Under the pieces are notes generated by a model. It saw nothing but the letters and a program-made list of their open reading frames with translations. It did not search any database and had not been told where the DNA came from. Positions 57,427 to 64,000 of a DNA stretch of 64,000 bases are shown one piece after another. Position 1 is the stretch's first letter. Each line of letters opens with the position of its first letter. The stretch comes from a bacterium (GTDB lineage Bacteria > UBA8248). The stretch spans positions 3,776,001 to 3,840,000 of the forward strand of contig OZ241875.1 in the NCBI GenBank assembly GCA_965203325.1, written 5' to 3'. Position numbers and translations under genes: made by a program.

Positions 57427-57720
57427 TTGCGGAAGATCGACATCATCAACCTCGTGTCCGACGATACGGGCCTCAGCCGGGTCAAGGCCGAAGAGGCCGT
57501 CGATGCCATCATCGACGCCGTCAAGGAATCCCTCGCGAGGGGCGAGTCCGTCACGTTGAGGCGCTTCGGCTCCTTCAGTGTGAGGGAGAAGAACGCCCGG
57601 GTGGGGCGCAACCCGAAGACGGGCCTGGAAGCGCCCATCAGCGCCCGCAGGGTCGTGAGGTTCAAGGCGGGACAAAACTTCAGGGATGCGGTGAACGGGG
57701 CCGGGGTGAGATTCCATTGA
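57427..57720 (+). CDS. HU/IHF family DNA-binding protein
   Basis: FGSFSVREKNARVGRNPKTG; GGAGGAG RBS before TTG at 57427. Confidence 0.9.
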   Translation: MRKIDIINLVSDDTGLSRVKAEEAVDAIIDAVKESLARGESVTLRRFGSFSVREKNARVGRNPKTGLEAPISARRVVRFKAGQNFRDAVNGAGVRFH

Positions 57721-57857
57721 TCCGCCGGTTCCGGGGTCGGGAAGAACCAGGCCGGCAACGTCCGCATCGGCGCAGGGCCCCGCGCCGCAAGACGGCGGGA
57801 AAAGCCAATACACCGCCTTCATGACGACCAATGGATTCGCGGGCGGAACCCGGAACG

Positions 57858-58460
57858 CTATTCCGAATCCCGGGCAGGCGAAGGCAACAGGGCCCCGGCC
57901 TGCCCCACGACGGATTCCGGAAAACTCTCATCGGGAGAAACGCACGCCAGCACCCTGAGGCCGAGAAACAGACCGAGCAGAGACTTCGCTGTCTGCTCCG
58001 GATCGACTTCGGGGGAAATCTCTCCGCAAGCCTGGCCCCGCTCGATGGAAGCGCAAAAGAACTCCGCCATGCCGGCGAAGGCGCCGGCAACCAGGGAAGC
58101 CACCTCCTCATCGTGCGCCCCGAGCTCCAGGGCGGCGTTGACTTCGAGACAGCCCTCCCGCGAACCACCTCCCGGCGCGGCGGAGGCGGCAGCGTCGAAA
58201 ACGGCCAGTACCGCCCCGCGCGGCGAGTCGCCCTTTTCGAGTTCCGCAATCGGATCCGCGCGATGGATGCGGCCATAATGGCGGAGCGCCCGGAAGAACA
58301 TCTCACGCTTGTCGCCGAATGCGTGGTACAAGCTGCCCCGAAAGAGACCCGTCGCCTCCTCGAGATCCCGAATCGACGTCGCCGAATAGCCGTGACGCCG
58401 GAACTGCCTCATGATTTTCGTCAGAACCTCGTCCATCTCGTACTTCGGCGTTTTCCCCAC
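57858..58460 (-). CDS. TetR/AcrR family regulator
   Basis: GYSATSIRDLEEATGL.RGSLYHAFGDK, GCL. Confidence 0.9.
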   Translation of the reverse strand: MGKTPKYEMDEVLTKIMRQFRRHGYSATSIRDLEEATGLFRGSLYHAFGDKREMFFRALRHYGRIHRADPIAELEKGDSPRGAVLAVFDAAASAAPGGGSREGCLEVNAALELGAHDEEVASLVAGAFAGMAEFFCASIERGQACGEISPEVDPEQTAKSLLGLFLGLRVLACVSPDESFPESVVGQAGALLPSPARDSE

Positions 58461-58667
58461 GGGTCCTCTCCTCGTCCGCCCGGTGAAGCATGGAATACAT
58501 CATGGCGGTTTGGCGGTTCCAGTCATCACCACGAGTCGAAACTTATCACACGGAAATTCCGCTTTCACAAAGAATTGCACCCCATCGGAGCTGTTGCCCC
58601 CCTTGGGCCCCGTTTTCAGGTGGGGGGCTTTTCCAGTCGAGAAGGGCGCCACTCCCGGGGAATCGAC

Positions 58668-61505
58668 CTATAACTCCAACCCCCGATCCGATCGGGTCTT
58701 CTCCATCGCCGGCGCCCGCCTCTCCATTGCCTGGGTCGCCTCGTTCGACCTCTCCGCCCCGATGCTCTCCGCCTTGCCCGCTCCTATCGCCTCGAGCGCC
58801 GCGATGCGCTCCCCCGTCGCGGCTTCCAACCGCTCGCGCAGCGCTCTCGCGTCGTCGGTCACGAGTTCCGCCCGGTCCCGGGCGCGGCTGATCTCGACGT
58901 ATAGCGTCTTCTGGTTGGTGAGCTCGGGGTGGTTCGCCTCCATCGCGGCGATGACGGTATCGACCGTCCGGCCCTGGAAGGCGTGGACGGTCGAGGCCCA
59001 TGCGCGGTCGATATGGCGAAGCTGCGGAACGCCGGCGGTCATGCCGATCGTGCGCCCGTCCTCGACCCGGAAGGTGACGCGGCCGTTCCTGACGCTCGTC
59101 ACCTCGGCGGCCTGGCTGTTGACCAGGCCGAGGTCCTTGTCGTTCCGGGTCCAGCGGACCTTGTCGCCGATGCGCAGTTCCATCCGCTCGACGCGGTATA
59201 CCTCGACACCGCCGCTTCGCGCCGCGAGGCGGCGGGGCTCCCAGCGGACTTGCCCTCCGTCCTTCCCTTGCAGGATGACCGCGCGGCCTTCGTGGTCGAC
59301 GCCCGTCACGCGAAGCTCGTCCCCCTTCTCGACGCCGAGGCGCTTGTAGGGGCGGTGGAAGGCGACGACGTCGCCGGGTGAATAGTTCGCGGCGAGCGAT
59401 TTCTCGGGGTTCGTGTAGCCGCGCGAGACGAGGCGATTCGTGAGGAAGGCCGGGCCGCAGACGGCACCCTCCCGGATCAGGCGCTCTCTGACGATGGCGT
59501 TGATCTTCTCGCGAATCTTATGGCTCGGCGCCATGAGTCCGGCGTTTGCGCGTTCTTCAGGGGAAAGCGCCAGCCAGCGCGCGGCGGCGGCGCCCGCGAG
59601 GTTGTCGGGCTTGACCTCGGCCACGTTCGAGCCCAGCTTCTCGAAGGCGCTCTTCACGTCGCCCGCGAGCGTGGACTCGACGGCGGCCTTCAGGTCCTGG
59701 TCGCGCTGGCGCATGATTTCTTCCATCACGGCCGTCTTCATGCCGGCGGCCTGCAACTGCGCGAAGGGTTTCCCGGCGTCGACGGCGTCCAGCTGTTTCG
59801 CGTCGCCCACGAGCACGACCCGGGGCAGGCGCAGGACCTCCGAGATGCGGAGCAGTTCACGCACCTCGCGCGTGGAGGCGAGAGATCCCTCGTCCACGAC
59901 GAGAGCGGTCTTCGCGTAGCCCGCGCGCAACTGTTTTTGCGCCTTTCTGGTGAGGCGGCCATCGGCGACGTCCGCGTTTCGCGTGAGGAAGCGCTGGAGC
60001 GTCTCGCTCTCGATCCCGGCCTCCGCTTCCAGGGTCCGCGCGGCCGAGGCCGAGGGCGCCAGGCCCCGGACCTCGTAGCCGCGTTTTTCGAATAGCGCGC
60101 GGGCGCGCTTCAACATCTTCGTCTTGCCGGTGCCGGCGTAGCCCTGTACCCCCACCACGCGGTCCTTTTCCGAGAGGATCAGCTTGACCGCCTCCCTTTG
60201 GCCATGCGTCAGCGGTCCCTTGCGCAGGTGCGCGCTCACCATCCAGCCCCGCATGGCGGGCGCGCCCCGCCCGCGTCCTGCCTCCACCAGGGCGATGGTC
60301 TCGCGCTCCGCCGCCGCGGCCTTCTCCGTCGTGAGCATGTCCCTGTTTCCCGGCAAATCCGCCGCGTGCAGGACGCCGGTTTTTTCGAGTCTCGCCACCT
60401 CGCGCTCCGCACCCGCCATCGACACGGCGCCGGGCCGCCAGGCGAGCGCGCCCGCGAGCAGGGCCGCGCGGTCGAAGACGGCCTCCCGCTCCGCGAGGTG
60501 CGCCACGGCCCATTCCACGGCCTCGCGGGCGGGTTCGACGACAGCAGCACTTCGGCCGGCATCGCGGGACAAGCCGCTCCTCGCCTTCGCCCGGTCCTTG
60601 AGGCCAGCGGCGTCGAAGTCGAGATCGGCGGCCTGCTTCTGCCAGGCGGCCATGAGGGTCCCCTTGTCGGCCTCCCGCTTGGGGTCCCGCGTCATGAGCG
60701 TGACCCGCTGGGCGGCGCGCTGGTTCCCCGCTGTCTTGCCCAGTCCGCGTTCTTCCATCGCCTTCTCGATCTCGGCCCGCCTGGTCGAGAACGCCTCGAT
60801 CACCTCTCTCGATACGCCCGCGATCTCGAAGCGCCCGTCGGCGTGGGTCTTCTCCACCCGGTAGCCGAACCCTTCGAGACCGCGGGCGAGTTCGGCCCGG
60901 TAGAGGGCGCCGATCAGCATCTTGTTCGCATAGAGCTTCTCATTCGACATGGTGCGCCATTTATCGTCGGCGCCACGAACCATGTTGGCGATGACCGCGT
61001 GCGTGTGGAGCAGGGGGTCGAGGTTGCGCGAGGTGTCGTGCCGGAAGGTCGCGACCACGCTCTTCTGGTCCCCGGCACGGACCATCTGTCCGGTCGCAGG
61101 GTCGCTCATCCTGGTCTCGGCGACGTTTCGCTCGACCCAGTCCAGGGTGCGCGCCACGGCCACCTCGTGGGCCCAGATCGCGCGACCGTCGCCGCCGACG
61201 TAGGCGAGCAGGGAGACGGACTTGGGCGCCGAGAGGGTCAAGTCGCGGCCGGGGCGGTGATGGATCACGCCGTCCTTGCCCCTCTTTCCGAGCCTGCGGC
61301 CCGAACCGTCCGGCACATGCCCCTCGAGCACCGCGCGGAGGGTATCGGGGTCGACCGGGCCCGACAGTCCCAGGTCCTCAGCACCCCTGCCGCGCCAGGC
61401 GCTCGCCGACCGGTGGTTCGGGTCGTCCTTCGCGTAGTAGTCGTCGCGCTCGAAGTAGGACGCGCACTGCGCGGGGGAGACTACGGCTCCTATCGACGCG
61501 ACCAT
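58668..61505 (-). CDS. MOB-F (TrwC/TraI-like) conjugative relaxase-helicase
   Basis: YFERDDYY, DLTLSAPKSVS, HDTSRNLDPLLHTH, FSTRR; helicase GYAGTGKT, VDEGS, LVGDAKQL, STVHAFQG. Confidence 0.95.
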   Translation of the reverse strand: MVASIGAVVSPAQCASYFERDDYYAKDDPNHRSASAWRGRGAEDLGLSGPVDPDTLRAVLEGHVPDGSGRRLGKRGKDGVIHHRPGRDLTLSAPKSVSLLAYVGGDGRAIWAHEVAVARTLDWVERNVAETRMSDPATGQMVRAGDQKSVVATFRHDTSRNLDPLLHTHAVIANMVRGADDKWRTMSNEKLYANKMLIGALYRAELARGLEGFGYRVEKTHADGRFEIAGVSREVIEAFSTRRAEIEKAMEERGLGKTAGNQRAAQRVTLMTRDPKREADKGTLMAAWQKQAADLDFDAAGLKDRAKARSGLSRDAGRSAAVVEPAREAVEWAVAHLAEREAVFDRAALLAGALAWRPGAVSMAGAEREVARLEKTGVLHAADLPGNRDMLTTEKAAAAERETIALVEAGRGRGAPAMRGWMVSAHLRKGPLTHGQREAVKLILSEKDRVVGVQGYAGTGKTKMLKRARALFEKRGYEVRGLAPSASAARTLEAEAGIESETLQRFLTRNADVADGRLTRKAQKQLRAGYAKTALVVDEGSLASTREVRELLRISEVLRLPRVVLVGDAKQLDAVDAGKPFAQLQAAGMKTAVMEEIMRQRDQDLKAAVESTLAGDVKSAFEKLGSNVAEVKPDNLAGAAAARWLALSPEERANAGLMAPSHKIREKINAIVRERLIREGAVCGPAFLTNRLVSRGYTNPEKSLAANYSPGDVVAFHRPYKRLGVEKGDELRVTGVDHEGRAVILQGKDGGQVRWEPRRLAARSGGVEVYRVERMELRIGDKVRWTRNDKDLGLVNSQAAEVTSVRNGRVTFRVEDGRTIGMTAGVPQLRHIDRAWASTVHAFQGRTVDTVIAAMEANHPELTNQKTLYVEISRARDRAELVTDDARALRERLEAATGERIAALEAIGAGKAESIGAERSNEATQAMERRAPAMEKTRSDRGLEL

Positions 61506-61962
61506 ATCAGCAGCTCCTCGGGCGGTTGACTTCCGGACCCGCGTGTCCGGGCGCTTCTGTTTCCGCACCTCCCGCCTCGCCGCTCACGCGGCGGCGCTCC
61601 CGTGCGACCTGATCGTTCCCGCCGTTCCCGTTCATATCCGTCTCTCCTTCGCGTTCGAACCTTTCGCCCCGATCGATCCTCCGGCGTCATGCGGGCGGGG
61701 GCGTCCATCGCCTGCATGTGAGACATAAATAAAGCGAAAACAACTCGTCTGCAAGAGTTTTCGATAGCGTATTTCCAACGCCTGCGCGCCATGCGCGGTC
61801 ACGCATGCGACCGGCTGCGCAGGGGTGCGATATTTTTTTCGGCCGGGCCCCGCCCTGCGCCTGCGAGAGGCCGAGCCGGGCCGTCAGGGGGCGCGGGAGC
61901 CTGGGCCGGAGAGGCCGGACGGCGCCCGCGATCCCTTCACCCGCAATCCCGGAGGCACGGCC

Positions 61963-62304
61963 ATGACGAAGAACAATCCATCGTGCGGCGCGAGGCTCCT
62001 CGTGCTGGCGGGACCCGCTCTGGCGCTCCTCGCCACAATCCTGTCTCTCGCGGCAGGCATCGGCCTCCGCCCCCTGGGTGCCGTCTGGGCCTGTTCGGCC
62101 CTCTGGAGCCTCCTCACGGCCTTATCGTGCGCCCTGTGGCGGGGGTTCCGCCGCGGGGACTGGTCCGCCTTCGCTCGCTACGAACTGCCCGACGGGAAAG
62201 AGGAGGACTTCGAGTGGTCCGCCCGGACGGGACGCTACGCCTGGCGCCGCGATGCCGAGGAGGAGGAACTGTTCGGCCAGGACCCGGACATCCCCTTCCC
62301 CTAG
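61963..62304 (+). CDS. hypothetical two-TM membrane protein
   Basis: GGAGG RBS, two hydrophobic helices, acidic tail. Confidence 0.6.
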   Translation: MTKNNPSCGARLLVLAGPALALLATILSLAAGIGLRPLGAVWACSALWSLLTALSCALWRGFRRGDWSAFARYELPDGKEEDFEWSARTGRYAWRRDAEEEELFGQDPDIPFP

Positions 62305-62478
62305 AAGGCGCCCCCGAGCCGAACGAAGACTCCCCTGAACGCACCGACCGACTTCTCATGGCCGACTGCGCGGCCCGCGCCCGAAAGAGGCGGAGTCCGG
62401 CCTGGAGGGGGCGTCGGCGGGACGTCCGGGAGAGGACGTTCTTCGCCGCCATCATCCACCCACCCAAGGAGGCGCGCG

Positions 62479-62775
62479 ATGCGGAAACCCGGACCCGAAG
62501 CGAGTACTTTCCTCACCCACCTGTTCGGCCGAGGCCTTGAGGACGAGCGCTACGAAGTGAAACGCTACAAGTCCGCCGATGGCGACATCAGGCCCGTGCC
62601 CGACAGGGAGAGCGGGAGGCGCAAGAAGAAGAGAGCTACGGCCTCGCGGAAAGCCGTACGCGAGATGCGGCCCGCGCGCGACGAACTCATCGTCTGCACG
62701 GGGATCAGGGTCCCCGGCAGCGGGCTGCAGCTGTGGGGCGAGCACCTCGTGTGGGCCCGGATGCTCACCCGGTGA
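62479..62775 (+). CDS. hypothetical protein
   Basis: AAGGAGG RBS; basic 98-aa ORF with no recognised motif. Confidence 0.45.
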   Translation: MRKPGPEASTFLTHLFGRGLEDERYEVKRYKSADGDIRPVPDRESGRRKKKRATASRKAVREMRPARDELIVCTGIRVPGSGLQLWGEHLVWARMLTR

Positions 62776-62869
62776 GGAAGTCCCCCCCGGAAGGACTTCC
62801 GCCCGCCAGACGTCTCGCCGGCCAGGCGCCGGCCGCACGGATTCCATCCACCCCAGGGAGGGAGGCGGG

Positions 62870-63679
62870 ATGCCCTACAAGGACCTGGAAAAAGCCCGAG
62901 CTTATGAGCGCGAGCGCCACCGCAAACGCACCGCCGAGCGACTCGCGCGCGGCCTGTGCCCCAAGTGTGGAAAGAATCCTCCCGCGCCCGGGCGCAGTCT
63001 GTGCGAACCCTGCCTCGAGAGGGACCGGGAGACCCGACGCGCCCGATACGCCGAAGCCCGGGCGGGGGGAGCCCCATATGGTGGACGCGACCCCGAGAGC
63101 CGCCGCCGCATGGCGCGGGAGAGGGCGAGGAAGCGCAGGCGCGAGCGGGTGGAAGCCGGCTTGTGCCCGCGCTGCGGACGCGAGCCCGTCGCGGCTGGCG
63201 CCGTCTGCGAACCCTGCCGGGAGGCGAGGCGCGCTGAAGAGCGAAAGCTCTACGCCGCCAGGAGAGCGAAAGGGCTTTGCGGACGGTGCGGTGCGGAAGT
63301 CGTCGATGAGGCTTCGACGTGCGCTTCGTGCGCCGCAAAAGAAGTAAAACGCCGTCCGCGCAAGAACACCGCGAGCAGGAAGCGCTATCGCGACAGGCGA
63401 GCCCTCGGACTTTGCGTCGACTGCGGCGCCAATGCGGACGCAGGGGTGAGATGTACTCCCTGCGCGCGCCGGTCGTACCACTCCTCGGGCGAGCACAAGG
63501 GGATGCCCGTCTATCCGCCGCGCTACACCGTGGTCGAACTCGCCACCGGCATCGAGCACGGACCTCTCGACTCCTGGGAGGAGGTCGCGATGTGCCTCGC
63601 CTTCGCCAAGCTCTCCCGGGAGGAAGTGGAAGTCATCGAAGACGCTCCCTTGATGGCAAACTTGACAGCTTGGGAGTGA
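62870..63679 (+). CDS. hypothetical protein with four tandem Cys4 zinc-ribbon repeats
   Basis: GGAGG RBS; four GLCxxCG-x9..10-CxxC units joined by Arg-rich linkers. Confidence 0.75.
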   Translation: MPYKDLEKARAYERERHRKRTAERLARGLCPKCGKNPPAPGRSLCEPCLERDRETRRARYAEARAGGAPYGGRDPESRRRMARERARKRRRERVEAGLCPRCGREPVAAGAVCEPCREARRAEERKLYAARRAKGLCGRCGAEVVDEASTCASCAAKEVKRRPRKNTASRKRYRDRRALGLCVDCGANADAGVRCTPCARRSYHSSGEHKGMPVYPPRYTVVELATGIEHGPLDSWEEVAMCLAFAKLSREEVEVIEDAPLMANLTAWE

Positions 63680-64000
63680 GCGTCGGCGGCCGCGCCTGCA
63701 CGTGCCGCCGTCCGCCCGCCGGCGGGGGGCAGACCCGGCCGGGGGGAGGGTTTGACGCTGCCCTGCTGCGCAGCCGGCCTGCCGCCGGGGGGTCGCCGCC
63801 CAGCCTCGCCGCCGCCCGTCGGATACGTATCGCCTCCCGAAACCCTCCGGGTTCCTTCCCGTCGAGGGCGGAGAGATTGCCACCCCGCTGCGCCGCCAAC
63901 CGGACCCGGGCGCGCCGCGCAGGACGGCGGGCGGGGGCCTGGCCGCGAGTCCGGATACGACCACACGGGGCGGACGCGACCCGGCAGAGCAGTCCCGCCA

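Larger units (their letters stand above)
54944..64000. mobile_element. probable integrative mobilisable element (boundaries not resolved, may continue past the window)
   Basis: Two tyrosine integrases, HU/IHF, TetR, MOB-F relaxase and hypothetical genes in one block. Confidence 0.7.

Noticed and set aside
63680..64000. ncRNA or gene in the GC-rich window end
   Set aside because: No motif recognised; hairpins are expected by chance at this GC level

Overview
GC-rich bacterial chromosomal window with four parts. (1) 1-931: housekeeping end (hemL 3' end, ftsB-like gene, initiator tRNA-Met). (2) About 1-44.6 kb: a dense catabolic/redox region with Gfo/Idh/MocA oxidoreductases, three amidase-signature enzymes, a dialkylglycine-decarboxylase-like aminotransferase, a BisC-type molybdoenzyme with a triple-Rid protein, an amidohydrolase and a Rieske ferredoxin, cupins, a split nitrate/sulfonate-type ABC transporter, an LLM/F420-type operon, an NsrR-truncated haemoglobin cassette, and M20/M24 peptidases. 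(3) About 45-54.2 kb: a Zur-boxed zinc-starvation locus (znuA/zur/znuC/znuB, two COG0523 GTPases, FAD oxidoreductase, WD40 protein). (4) From about 54.9 kb: a probable integrative mobilisable element with two tandem tyrosine integrases, HU/IHF, TetR, a MOB-F relaxase and a four-repeat zinc-ribbon protein. Main points the ORF track misses: an AhpD-like probable selenoprotein (CxxU, in-frame TGA plus SECIS-like hairpin, 32702-33301) split into two ORFs, and nested, modular intergenic repeats, including a MITE inserted into the loops of palindromes with a 5-bp target duplication. All product calls come from motif recognition by eye; no database searches were run.
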